DNA of 64,000 bases from an uncultured virus (IMG/VR IMGVR_UViG_3300044701_002172) (IMGVR_UViG_3300044701_002172:1-64000); one strand, 5' to 3'; positions 9,484 to 18,497 are shown, counted from the first letter of the stretch. Notes: generated by a model not told the origin, from the letters alone. Made by a program: numbers and translations.

Positions 9484-9723
9484 CTAACCCAGACCATTAA
9501 ACGAAATAACATCATCACTCATAGAACCACCATAATAACTAGTGGGGATATTATTCCCGATACAAAATACATTTTTATTTGTTTCAGTAATTTGTATACT
9601 TACAAGTTTATTATAAGAATCAAACAAATCACTGATAGCAGTTTCATTTTTATCTTGAAGTGCTGTAATAAGTGCTTTGCTTACAGCATCTTTTGCTGTT
9701 TCAATCTGTGATTTCAGGGACAT
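9484..9723 (-). CDS. Hypothetical protein
   Basis: Likely start MSLKSQ with GAGGA RBS. Confidence 0.6.
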   Translation of the reverse strand: MSLKSQIETAKDAVSKALITALQDKNETAISDLFDSYNKLVSIQITETNKNVFCIGNNIPTSYYGGSMSDDVISFNGLG

Positions 9724-9895
9724 AATTTTCCTCAATAACATTATCGAAAAGATCTTTAAGATCATCACCAACTGGTGTCATTACAACACCTTTACCATCA
9801 GGTAGTCGGATCAAAAATAATTCTTGGTTTTTTTCAACCCGATCCATATAAGCATCGAAGTTGTCTTCAAACTCTTGTTGGGTGATTTCAATCAT
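9701..9895 (-). CDS. Phd/YefM-like antitoxin-domain protein
   Basis: MIEITQQEFEDNFDAYMDRVEKNQELFLIRLPDGKGVVM fits the Phd N-terminal pattern. Confidence 0.6.
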   Translation of the reverse strand: MIEITQQEFEDNFDAYMDRVEKNQELFLIRLPDGKGVVMTPVGDDLKDLFDNVIEENYVPEITD

Positions 9896-9913
9896 AGTTT
9901 GTCATGTAGACAA

Positions 9914-9988
9914 TCGGGGTGATAGGACTCGAACCTACGACTTCCGCTTCCCAAAAGCGGCGCTCTAGCCAAACTGAGCTACACCCCG
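9914..9988 (-). tRNA. tRNA-Pro(TGG)
   Basis: CGGGGTG acceptor; TT-TGG-GA loop; GTTCGAGTC; upstream TTGATT-17-TATCAT. Confidence 0.95.
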
Positions 9989-10101
9989 TTGGTTTTCCGA
10001 TGTATGATCATGATACCACAGATCGGAGGAATAATCAAGAGAGAACCCATTAGAGAAACTAATAATGGATTCTCCATAATCGAAACAATTAAATGTCTCA
10101 T
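9979..10101 (-). CDS. 40-aa membrane peptide
   Basis: MRHLIVSIMENPLLVSLMGSLLIIPPICGIMIIHRKTNGV; ATGA-coupled to upstream ORF; last codons overlap tRNA-Pro. Confidence 0.45.
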   Translation of the reverse strand: MRHLIVSIMENPLLVSLMGSLLIIPPICGIMIIHRKTNGV

Positions 10102-10352
10102 CTTACTTCATAATCTAATTTACGAACTTTACGCTGCTTCCTTTGCTCCTGAAACTCCAGATCCTGTCTCGTCAAGATCGATTGATCCTGACGCTTGGAC
10201 TTGGCCCCCGAGATTATTTCTACAAGGGTAAGATCCAAGGCGCTGATATTCCCACCACGGATGCTGGTAAGGTTGGGACACTGACAGCATCTGAGTTGTG
10301 ACGGGTGCTCCTCTAATACTTTCCCGCAATTTTTGCATCTGATTATTAACAT
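10098..10352 (-). CDS. Zn-ribbon hypothetical protein
   Basis: CKNC...CCQCPN...IRGG. Confidence 0.7.
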   Translation of the reverse strand: MLIIRCKNCGKVLEEHPSQLRCCQCPNLTSIRGGNISALDLTLVEIISGAKSKRQDQSILTRQDLEFQEQRKQRKVRKLDYEVR

Positions 10353-10452
10353 CTCTAAGCATTCCTTTTATCGCTTCAAGTTCTTCATGAATATCTTGAT
10401 GATGAAACCTAAGTGGTTTCTGAATCAACTCATTAAACTTTTTCTTTTTCAT
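10129..10452 (-). CDS. Hypothetical protein (N-terminal ~45 aa plausible; tail overlaps next gene)
   Basis: MKKKKFNELIQKPLRFHHQDIHEEL fills the gap after tRNA-Val. Confidence 0.5.
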   Translation of the reverse strand: MKKKKFNELIQKPLRFHHQDIHEELEAIKGMLRDVNNQMQKLRESIRGAPVTTQMLSVSQPYQHPWWEYQRLGSYPCRNNLGGQVQASGSIDLDETGSGVSGAKEAA

Positions 10453-10470
10453 GATTATTTATGAGTGTAA

Positions 10471-10542
10471 TGGGCGATACTGGATTCGAACCAGTGACCA
10501 TCTCCGTGTAAAGGAGGCACTCTACCGCTGAGTTAATCGCCC
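10471..10542 (-). tRNA. tRNA-Val(TAC)
   Basis: GGGCGAT acceptor; TT-TAC-AC loop; GTTCGAATC. Confidence 0.95.
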
Positions 10543-10546
10543 TAGG

Positions 10547-10620
10547 CGCTTCAGGTTGGATTCGAACCAACGACTCACGCTTTAGAAGAGCGTTACTCTA
10601 TTCCACTGAGTTACTGAAGC
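10547..10620 (-). tRNA. tRNA-Arg(TCT)
   Basis: GCTTCAG acceptor; CT-TCT-AA loop; GTTCGAATC. Confidence 0.95.
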
Positions 10621-10626
10621 ATGTTT

Positions 10627-11028
10627 TTATTTTACCACACTTGATGGGCAGTTGTCAACCCATGGGGAACACAACCTCATTTCTCCACCCAGTGCTTGAC
10701 ACTCATCAGTATAGCACACAGAGGTGTCAACTGGTTTTTCTGAGTATCTTGGTGACGGCATCCTAACAGTTCCGTCGTCTCCTGTCAAGCGTTCATACTC
10801 GGCAATTGCTTTATCAACATCACGCTTAACTCTATTATCTAAAAGTTTAGGATCTTTGATAATGTATTCATTCAATTCTGTATTCGGAAAATACTTTCTT
10901 TGAATTTCATCAATCAGGTCATAAAGATGTTTCTCATCAATACCTGTACATTCTGAAAAAGATGCTACGATTGTTGTTAACGTAATGCCTATAATGGCAA
11001 ACCTAATTGTTTTTTGTTTGAGGTTCAT
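10627..11028 (-). CDS. Hypothetical membrane-anchored protein
   Basis: N-terminal hydrophobic helix; Cys-rich C-terminus. Confidence 0.7.
   Translation of the reverse strand: MNLKQKTIRFAIIGITLTTIVASFSECTGIDEKHLYDLIDEIQRKYFPNTELNEYIIKDPKLLDNRVKRDVDKAIAEYERLTGDDGTVRMPSPRYSEKPVDTSVCYTDECQALGGEMRLCSPWVDNCPSSVVK
10629..10658 (-). promoter_or_regulatory. Sigma70-type promoter for the tRNA cluster, inside the 3' end of the upstream ORF
   Basis: TTGACA-18-TAAAAT with extended TG, 8 nt before tRNA-Arg. Confidence 0.6.
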
Positions 11029-11053
11029 AAAAAAGGGGAGTGTGGCACTCCCC
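11028..11053 (-). terminator. Intrinsic terminator after rlpA
   Basis: GGGGAGTG-CCA-CACTCCCC followed by T-tract. Confidence 0.75.
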
Positions 11054-11065
11054 AGTATTTATCTA

Positions 11066-11428
11066 TTACATACGAGAGTAACAGACACGAACAACCCCTG
11101 ATCCTGGAGAAGCGATTTTAGTAAACGCTCCATAAGATAGATCAAGAGATCGTCCACCCACAAATGGTCCACGATCATTCACACGAACAATGACAGATTT
11201 GCCATTCGATTGGTTAGTCACCCGCAACCTAGTTCCGAAAGGAAGGCTTCTGTGTGCTGTTGAATGACCGTAAGCATTATATCTTTCTCCGTTAGCGGTG
11301 GTTAAACCGTGATATCCATCACCGACTCCATAATGTGAGGCGAGGGAACATCCGCTCGCTGCCTTTGCTTGAAGGGGTGCCAGTCCTACAGTGGCAATGG
11401 CTAGAATTGAAAGTGTTTTAAAAAGCAT
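11066..11428 (-). CDS. rlpA: RlpA-like (DPBB) lytic transglycosylase
   Basis: Signal peptide; TANGERYN, TAHRSLPFGT.LRVTN, VRVNDRGPF, LDLSYGAF. Confidence 0.92.
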   Translation of the reverse strand: MLFKTLSILAIATVGLAPLQAKAASGCSLASHYGVGDGYHGLTTANGERYNAYGHSTAHRSLPFGTRLRVTNQSNGKSVIVRVNDRGPFVGGRSLDLSYGAFTKIASPGSGVVRVCYSRM

Positions 11429-11635
11429 TTAGTTAAATAGAATTCTACATCCGTATAGAAAGGGGGTACACCCAACCTCTCGGAGGGCACTTTCCACGGC
11501 TCTAATTGTCACTCACGTTGTCATGATATGAGCTTTACAATTATTACAAACTGTAAAGCACTCATACTATAGCACCTATTTAGTTGTCTTGTCAACCCCC
11601 CGTGGATAAATATATTTGGTGGGGAACCCGAACGT

Positions 11636-11827
11636 ATGCCGAGAGAGTGGAACACTCCGATTAGAGAGCCATGGAATGCTCCTATTCATAACACATTAAA
11701 AGCAATAGATAACCACACTCAAGAATACTTTAAGAGTGGCGATAAATGGCATCTACAAAAAGCAGATCAACTTAGGCAATATTTACACGAGTTAAAAACC
11801 TGGATACATCATCAAGAAGGAAGATGA
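11636..11827 (+). CDS. Hypothetical protein
   Basis: 63-aa ORF behind ATAAATA (~11606-11612). Confidence 0.7.
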   Translation: MPREWNTPIREPWNAPIHNTLKAIDNHTQEYFKSGDKWHLQKADQLRQYLHELKTWIHHQEGR

Positions 11828-12063
11828 AATTTAATTTAACCAAACTTATTTTTATAGTTTGTTTTTCTACTGTTGGATTTGTTGGGTTAAATTTCATTGC
11901 CTGTAATTTCATGTTACCAGGATCAATCATTAGTGCTAATGTTCTTGGGGGATTAAAAAACCCCCCTCCTTTAGATTGTAAGGAATCTGAAAGAAGAGGG
12001 TATGAAACTTTATTAACTATTCTCACTACAGTAATTGCTCTACGAGCTAAGGTAGAAGATTAA
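11824..12063 (+). CDS. Small two-TM membrane protein
   Basis: ATGA coupling; two hydrophobic segments; stop overlaps the lysozyme stop (TTAA). Confidence 0.65.
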   Translation: MKFNLTKLIFIVCFSTVGFVGLNFIACNFMLPGSIISANVLGGLKNPPPLDCKESERRGYETLLTILTTVIALRAKVED

Positions 12064-12530
12064 GAAACCCAGAGTTTACCCTCTGCCTTTCTTCTTCTAA
12101 GTAGTCCTGCCTCTACATTACTACCAGGATTACGATACATCTCTAGAACTTTAGGAACGTCGTTCCATTTTTGATCTTTTAAGATACGAGTGATAGTATT
12201 AAAATTCCCAGAACCATAGAAATTAGCGCCGAGATTATAAGCAAAAGATAATAATGCTCCACGTTGATTGTCATTCATCTCACTCCAATAAGGAATTTTT
12301 TGTAGGGCAGGTAAGAATCTATGCTCAACATCATACATCAGATATTCATCTGCTTGCTGTTGAGTAATAAACTGACCTAACATAAAGGTAGATCCATCTG
12401 GTCTACGAGTGCTTCCCCATCCTATTGTAATAGGAGCAGCACCTGTTTTGGGATCTGGGTATGCTTTTAAATGACAACCTTCAAACTCTTTGATTAGTTC
12501 TAGCCCTCGATGAGGAATAGAACTTACTAC
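12060..12530 (-). CDS. GH24 phage lysozyme domain, likely reached by -1 frameshift from the upstream gene
   Basis: Open frame VVSSIPHRGLELIKEFEGCHLKAYPDPKTGAAPITIGWGST...ALLSFAYNLG...GLLRRRKAEGKLW; no ATG/GTG/TTG before the catalytic motif. Confidence 0.9.
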   Translation of the reverse strand, partial: VVSSIPHRGLELIKEFEGCHLKAYPDPKTGAAPITIGWGSTRRPDGSTFMLGQFITQQQADEYLMYDVEHRFLPALQKIPYWSEMNDNQRGALLSFAYNLGANFYGSGNFNTITRILKDQKWNDVPKVLEMYRNPGSNVEAGLLRRRKAEGKLWVS

Positions 12531-13231
12531 TTTTTTACGGCGTCAAAAACTCTACCCCAACCATCATTGCCTTTTGGGCACCATCTACGTGCCAACTCAG
12601 ATCGTTTGTATACCGCTCCTCTACCATTGGTAACAGGACCCGTATAGCCATCGTTAAGGCTTCCATACGGGTCATGAACGATGTAGTCTCCAGCGGGGGT
12701 CTTCCCAATCACAACACACATGTGGCCTCCTGTAGGAGCACTGAGAGGTCCCCTGTGAAGGATGCCAATTACCATTGGACGATTTGCTGCTAATTCTTTA
12801 TCGAGATCAGCAAATGACAAATCATATTTGAATGCAGATTTAATACCATACCCCATCAAGACACGAGTTTGTACAGTATGATCGGTTGTATCCCCAGCAG
12901 CAAATACTTTCTGAACATAAGCATCGTCACCTTTAGGACCTTTCAGTGTGCCTGGTTTAAAATATTCAAGACACATAGCACAAGCAGAACTATTACAAGT
13001 TCGTTGAGCATCACGATAATTATCTGTTTGAGGGAACCAAGGGAAGTTTTCAAGAATATTAGTTGCTTGTTTTTGAACTGATGTTCTGTATGTTTTAACC
13101 CAACCAGAAGTATCTTCTAATTCTTCTGGGGCTGATTTTTCCAAAGCATGAAAAAACATTTCAACTGCTTTTACGTGATTGGGATTCTTCTCATCAAAAT
13201 GTTTAAAGAAGTTATGTAAATTAATTTTCAT
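12527..13231 (-). CDS. C39-like cysteine peptidase (putative endolysin module)
   Basis: WFPQTDN..RTCNSSACAM (Q/C), GGHMCVV (H), VHDPYG (D). Confidence 0.85.
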   Translation of the reverse strand: MKINLHNFFKHFDEKNPNHVKAVEMFFHALEKSAPEELEDTSGWVKTYRTSVQKQATNILENFPWFPQTDNYRDAQRTCNSSACAMCLEYFKPGTLKGPKGDDAYVQKVFAAGDTTDHTVQTRVLMGYGIKSAFKYDLSFADLDKELAANRPMVIGILHRGPLSAPTGGHMCVVIGKTPAGDYIVHDPYGSLNDGYTGPVTNGRGAVYKRSELARRWCPKGNDGWGRVFDAVKK

Positions 13232-13566
13232 TGTTTTTCTCTGTGAAGTTGAATGTAATACTCGGCATCTACTACGACTAATGGTTTCTTGCCATTCTTT
13301 TTCATGACAAGGACTGGTTCATAATCACCTGAGTTTGCTTGAGCTTGTTCGTAAGCATCCCAAACATTTAACTTTTCTACATTCTTACATTCAATGCTGT
13401 GGGGAAACTTTTGTCTGGCAGCTCGTGCCATGATTAAATCTTCTCCACCAGCGCCCATCGATCTAGATTCAATATCTTCAGGATGAACGTCAAGCATTTC
13501 AATAAGTTTGTCACGTACCCATTGCTGAAGACGACGACCTTTCGCTTTCGCTGACTGAACTTTCAT
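13228..13566 (-). CDS. PD-(D/E)XK nuclease / Holliday junction resolvase-like
   Basis: SAKAKGRRLQ, GEDL, SIECKNVE. Confidence 0.75.
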   Translation of the reverse strand: MKVQSAKAKGRRLQQWVRDKLIEMLDVHPEDIESRSMGAGGEDLIMARAARQKFPHSIECKNVEKLNVWDAYEQAQANSGDYEPVLVMKKNGKKPLVVVDAEYYIQLHREKQ

Positions 13567-13605
13567 AATAAAAAACCCCCATATAGGAGGTATTTATCTA
13601 TTCAA

Positions 13606-14790
13606 TTAAAGTTGGAACCCAACAAATGTATCTTTAGTTACGTCTTGTTTGAGACCACCAATAACATAACTTTCAACTTCTGTTTCTTGTGGTGCTACTT
13701 GCATAGACTTAGAATTTAACCAGTGCTCAGTCCAAGGAAGTGGATTGTTATTAAGAGGAGCATCAAAGATTGGATTAAATCCAATTGCTTTTAGACGACG
13801 ATTAGCAGTCCACTCAACATACTTCTGAAGTAGTTTAGCATTCAAACCAATCATAGAACCATCTTTAAACAGATAGTCAGCCCAAAGTTTTTCTTCTTCT
13901 ACACATTGTTTGAACATGTTATAAACAGTCTGCTCTTCTTCTTTAGCAATTTTAATCATATCAGAATCATCACCCTGATTCCATTTATTAATAATGTTCT
14001 GGGTAATAACAAGATGCTGTGACTCATCACGGGCGATTAAACCAATGATCTTAGCATTACCTTCCATGAGTTTGAGTTCACCGAAAGCAAACGAGCAAGC
14101 AAAAGAAACGTAGAAACGAATACCCTCAAGAATATTTACGTTCATGACAGCAAGATACAATTTACGTTTCAGATCATAAAGAGTTTCTTTGGCAGCAGGA
14201 ACACCTTCAAGTTGATGCTGCCATTGATTACCAGAAGAATAATCTTGAGCAGCCTGAATAAAATCATCGTATGCTTTAGTTACACTTTGAGCACGTTGTA
14301 AAATTTGCTCATCGTGAATGATTGTATTAAACACCTCAGTTGGATCTGGATAGACATTCTTAATAATGTAAGTATAAGAACGACTATGTACCATTTCCAT
14401 AAACTCCCACACTTTCATACATGCTTCCAGTTCAGGAAGAGAACAGTGGGGAGCGAACGCCATACTAGGACCACGACCCTGAACAGAATCTAGAAGAATC
14501 TGATACTTAAGATTAGCAGTGAAGATATGCTTTTGCTCTGGACGAAGTGATTGAAAATCAGCACGATCCTTTTGAAGGGAGACCTCCTCAGGTCTCCAAA
14601 AGTATCCAAGTTGAGTTTGAGTAAGTTTATCAAACACAGGATATTTAAACTGATCGTATCTTTGGACCCCCAAGGGGGCACCAAAGAACATCGGTTGTTT
14701 TAAAGTATTGACATCTGCTGTGTTGAATACAGTCATGCCGTCGATCTTGCTCATGGGTTCTTCGGTAAGTTTAAATTTTACAACTGTCAC
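13606..14790 (-). CDS. nrdB: Ribonucleotide reductase class Ia beta subunit
   Basis: FWRPEEV, EMVHSRSY, LEGIRFYVSF, RDESQH, VAPQETE. Confidence 0.97.
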   Translation of the reverse strand: MTVVKFKLTEEPMSKIDGMTVFNTADVNTLKQPMFFGAPLGVQRYDQFKYPVFDKLTQTQLGYFWRPEEVSLQKDRADFQSLRPEQKHIFTANLKYQILLDSVQGRGPSMAFAPHCSLPELEACMKVWEFMEMVHSRSYTYIIKNVYPDPTEVFNTIIHDEQILQRAQSVTKAYDDFIQAAQDYSSGNQWQHQLEGVPAAKETLYDLKRKLYLAVMNVNILEGIRFYVSFACSFAFGELKLMEGNAKIIGLIARDESQHLVITQNIINKWNQGDDSDMIKIAKEEEQTVYNMFKQCVEEEKLWADYLFKDGSMIGLNAKLLQKYVEWTANRRLKAIGFNPIFDAPLNNNPLPWTEHWLNSKSMQVAPQETEVESYVIGGLKQDVTKDTFVGFQL

Positions 14791-17080
14791 AATCTTCTTC
14801 CTCCAAAGTCAATAGGTCATGAATGAAATTATCTGTTTCTTGAGGCTTTTCAATAATTACCTCATCTTTCTTAGCATCGTATGTGTTTTGATAGTAAGAA
14901 GTTTTCCAACCGTATTTGTAAGTGTTCAAGAAATCTTGAGCCATTACACTTACTGGTACTTCATTGTCGGAATAGTTTTCTGGATTGTATGACCAGTTCC
15001 CCGAAATCGCTTGGTCAAAGAACTTTTGCATAACAGCAACAATATTGATATACCCAGTATTGTTAGGCATATCCCAGAGAAGCGTATAATTGTTCTTAAG
15101 AGATTGATAACTGGGGACAATCTGCTTGAGAGGTCCCTTCTTCGATTTCTTAACGGACAAGTAATCTCTAGGTGGCTCGATTCCATTTGTGGCATTTGAC
15201 ACAACGGAACTGCTCTCCGAAGGCATCTGTGCGGACAGTGTTGAGTGCCTGAGACCGTGAGCCAAGATGGATGCTCTAAGTTCTTCCCAATCATAATTGA
15301 GGTTGTTTGGTACGATTTCGTCTACGTCTTTTTTGTAAGTGTCGATTGGGAGAATACCGTCAGAGTATTTTGTTCTATTAAAATATCCACAGGCTCCTTT
15401 TTCCTTGGCGATTTCGTTGGAAGATTTGAGCAGATAGAACTGGAAAGCTTCAGTAAGGTCGTGGACGAGTTGCCATGATCTTGAATCGTCATAATGTTCT
15501 CCATGTTTAGCTAGATAGTGAGCAAGACCAATATAACCAATACCAAGAGAACGACGGTTGATCGTAGAAACCTCAGCAGCCTTGACTGGATAATTCTGGT
15601 AATCAATTAACTCTTCAAGACCACGAACAGAAAGATCACAAAGTTCTTCCAGTTCATCTAGATTTTTTAATTTCCCTACGTTAATAGCAGAGAGAATACA
15701 AAGGGCAATTTCTCCTTCTCCATCAATGTGCTCAATGGGATCAGTTGGAAGTGTAATCTCCTGACAGAGATTAGACATATAAACTTTATCTTTAAAGGAA
15801 GAATGAGTATTACAATGATCGATATTCATAATGTAAATACGACCAGTTTCTGCTCTTTCTTTTAGAAGATCAAGAATCAATTCTTGAGCGCCAACTGTTT
15901 TCTTTTTGATGTTTGGATCCTTTTCGTACTTTACGTAGAGTTCATCAAACTCAGGATAACCAAATGCTTTATAAAGACCAGGAACGTCATGTGGCGAGAA
16001 CAATGTAATGTCTTCGTTCTTGATAAACCTTTCATAGAAAAGTTTACTAGTTTGAATTGAGTAATCAAGTTTACGAACTCGATTATCTTCAGTTCCTTTA
16101 TTGTTTTTGAGAACTAGAATATCTTCTATTTCTTGGTGCCAGATTGGAAAGTGGACAGTAGCACTTCCACCACGAATCCCGTTTTGTGTACAGCATCTGA
16201 CAGTCGATTCAAACTTTTTGAGGAATGGGATAACCCCTGTATGAGCAACTTCTCCGCCTCGGATCTTACTGTTGACTCCACGGATTCTGCCAGCGTTGAT
16301 GCCAATACCCGCCCTTTGAGCAACATACTTCCCGATAGCCATATCAGAACTAAAGATGCTATTGAGGGTGTCATCAGAATCAATAAGAACACAACTAGCA
16401 AATTGTCTAAGTGGTGTTCTGACTCCCGCCATGATTGGTGTTGGGATGTTGATCTTGTGCTTGGAGATGGCATTGTAGTAACGGCGAACGTAATCCAATC
16501 GTACTGAAAGTGGATACTCAGCAAACAATGTCAGAGCAATCATCATATACATGTATTGGGGAGTTTCATATACCTCACCACTACTTCTATCCTGGACAAG
16601 ATACTTGTCAACTACTTGACGTAGACCAGCATAAGAAAATAGATAGTCACGTTGATGATCAACCCAACCATTAATTTTTGCCCAATCCTCATCAGAATAC
16701 TTGTCTAGGATTTCTTCATCATATACTTTCAGAACTGTTGAATTATATAGGGCAACATCATAGATGCTAGGCATACCCTCTTTCCAAATATTCTTGTGGA
16801 ACACTTGTTTACGAAGAGCAAACAAAAGGAGGCGAGCTGCTACAAATTGATAGTTAGGATTCTCTAAAGAAATTAAATCACTGGCAGAACGAATAAGAAT
16901 TTCTTGAATATTTTCAGTCGTAATACCGTCATAGAATTGAAGACCAGAATTCATTTCTACTTGAGAGGCTGAAACCCCAGCAAGACCATCACAAGCTTCA
17001 TCGACCATACGATGAATCTTATCCAAATTTAAAGCTTCAATGGTGCCATCACGTTTTTGAACTTTAATGCCGTTGCTCAT
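14771..17080 (-). CDS. nrdA: Ribonucleotide reductase class Ia alpha subunit
   Basis: ATP cone; PTPIMAG; QFASCV; SNLCQEI; C-terminal CDSCKI. Confidence 0.98.
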   Translation of the reverse strand: MSNGIKVQKRDGTIEALNLDKIHRMVDEACDGLAGVSASQVEMNSGLQFYDGITTENIQEILIRSASDLISLENPNYQFVAARLLLFALRKQVFHKNIWKEGMPSIYDVALYNSTVLKVYDEEILDKYSDEDWAKINGWVDHQRDYLFSYAGLRQVVDKYLVQDRSSGEVYETPQYMYMMIALTLFAEYPLSVRLDYVRRYYNAISKHKINIPTPIMAGVRTPLRQFASCVLIDSDDTLNSIFSSDMAIGKYVAQRAGIGINAGRIRGVNSKIRGGEVAHTGVIPFLKKFESTVRCCTQNGIRGGSATVHFPIWHQEIEDILVLKNNKGTEDNRVRKLDYSIQTSKLFYERFIKNEDITLFSPHDVPGLYKAFGYPEFDELYVKYEKDPNIKKKTVGAQELILDLLKERAETGRIYIMNIDHCNTHSSFKDKVYMSNLCQEITLPTDPIEHIDGEGEIALCILSAINVGKLKNLDELEELCDLSVRGLEELIDYQNYPVKAAEVSTINRRSLGIGYIGLAHYLAKHGEHYDDSRSWQLVHDLTEAFQFYLLKSSNEIAKEKGACGYFNRTKYSDGILPIDTYKKDVDEIVPNNLNYDWEELRASILAHGLRHSTLSAQMPSESSSVVSNATNGIEPPRDYLSVKKSKKGPLKQIVPSYQSLKNNYTLLWDMPNNTGYINIVAVMQKFFDQAISGNWSYNPENYSDNEVPVSVMAQDFLNTYKYGWKTSYYQNTYDAKKDEVIIEKPQETDNFIHDLLTLEEEDCDSCKI

Positions 17081-18069
17081 ACTTTCTTCCATTCGGTTAA
17101 CTTAAGTTTTGCTTCTAAACCTTGATAGGTGTTTGATTCTACCACACTTTGAACGTTGTGTCCAGTCATCACCATATCATTGATATCTTTTTCAATAATA
17201 GTGGATGGCCAAATAACTACACGTTCTCCATTATCAATTGCTTTTGTGTATTTGGAAACGATTTCTTTATTTCTAGGTTCGTTATCAAAAACATAAACTA
17301 GTTTGTATTCGCTACCATTGAGATTAACATCGCTGCCACACATGGCAATACTATTGGAAAGGAACATGCTGTCAAACGGTCCTTCGGTAACGTAGATTGT
17401 TTCATTTTCATCTACTCTATCCATCCCAAATATCTTGGTCTTTGAATCATCTAACATGATTGTAATGTATCTGATCTTGGCTTTAGGAGCCATTGAACGA
17501 CCCTGATATCCAAACATGTTACCTTCTTTATCCCTGAGTGGTATGATAATTCTGGGACCATCTTGCTTCAAGTTTGGGAAAACTTTTTGCTGAGAGTTCG
17601 TCCATTCTTTAAATTTGGGACAGTAGTAAAAGTAATCTAAATCTTTAATTTTTCTTTCTTCTAGGTACACCCGAGCTGGGTGTGTAATATTTAGTTCTGA
17701 AATCTTCTCAAGATCAATTCCTGTTTTCCTTTTCTGAAACTCAGGTTTTGTAAAATTGAAGTCTGGATTTTTGGTCTGTGTATTTTTTCCTGTAAGACCC
17801 TCTCGATAACGCTCCATCACATACTGATTGTGTAGATGAGCACAGTTATCTTTTAGGAAATTCGTGAACGTTCTTCCCACGCCACAGTTGTGGCACTTAA
17901 ACACAAAGTCATTTTTTATCTTAAAAAGATACCCTCTAGTCTTGTTCTGATGTTTCTTACTATCACCACAGTAAGGGCATCGGAAGTTGTAGAGGGAATC
18001 TTTTTTCTTGGCGAATTTTTGAAGCTGAGGGGAAACTAGACCAATGTACTTGACATCAATGTAACTCAT
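17077..18069 (-). CDS. g61: DNA primase gp61
   Basis: CPYCGDS...CHNC zinc finger; TEGPFDS; FDNEPRN; KDINDM. Confidence 0.96.
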   Translation of the reverse strand: MSYIDVKYIGLVSPQLQKFAKKKDSLYNFRCPYCGDSKKHQNKTRGYLFKIKNDFVFKCHNCGVGRTFTNFLKDNCAHLHNQYVMERYREGLTGKNTQTKNPDFNFTKPEFQKRKTGIDLEKISELNITHPARVYLEERKIKDLDYFYYCPKFKEWTNSQQKVFPNLKQDGPRIIIPLRDKEGNMFGYQGRSMAPKAKIRYITIMLDDSKTKIFGMDRVDENETIYVTEGPFDSMFLSNSIAMCGSDVNLNGSEYKLVYVFDNEPRNKEIVSKYTKAIDNGERVVIWPSTIIEKDINDMVMTGHNVQSVVESNTYQGLEAKLKLTEWKKV

Positions 18070-18497
18070 CGTGTAGTGGTTTGTTCAGTCCTCCCATCAT
18101 AGCGCAACGGAAGCATGTTGTCAACAAATGGGACTACGAATCCGACCAGCAAAATGGCGGCACCCACGAGAGCCGCCGCCTGCCATTTGAATTTTGATAA
18201 TTCGTTTACGTTTGCTTCTACTGTTTCTAATCTTTTGATGACAGCTTTATGCTCTTCAGAATTTGAATGCTTGACATCTTCAATCATTCTAATCATAAGC
18301 TCATCTGTTTTGAGACTTTGCTCAATTCGTTCATCATGCTTAGCTAAAATTGTAGCAATACGTGAATTGCCTTCTGAAATTTTATCTACAGCATTCTCCA
18401 ACTTGTCTAGCATCTCTCTTGATAGGGACTCATAGATGTTTAATTTAGATTCCAATACATCCAATTTAGCGAGGTCTTTTGAAAAATTGTTAAACAT
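18066..18497 (-). CDS. Coiled-coil protein with C-terminal TM helix
   Basis: Heptad-rich body, then WQAAALVGAAILLVGFVV. Confidence 0.75.
   Translation of the reverse strand: MFNNFSKDLAKLDVLESKLNIYESLSREMLDKLENAVDKISEGNSRIATILAKHDERIEQSLKTDELMIRMIEDVKHSNSEEHKAVIKRLETVEANVNELSKFKWQAAALVGAAILLVGFVVPFVDNMLPLRYDGRTEQTTTR
18096..18124 (-). promoter_or_regulatory. Sigma70-type promoter for g61-nrdAB, embedded in upstream CDS
   Basis: TTGACA(18124-18119)-17-TATGAT(18101-18096). Confidence 0.7.

Noticed and set aside
10708..10730. TTGACA...TATACT within the ORF as a promoter
   Set aside because: Spacer is only 11 nt
12060..12383. 107-aa lysozyme as given by the ORF track, or a lysozyme pseudogene
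   Set aside because: That start omits the catalytic E/D/T region; the intact upstream frame, slippery heptamer and hairpin favour recoding
17995..18010. Other A6G runs (here in g61; also g20 and g16) as frameshift sites
   Set aside because: They are phased AAA_AAA_G rather than A_AAA_AAG and lie within intact genes
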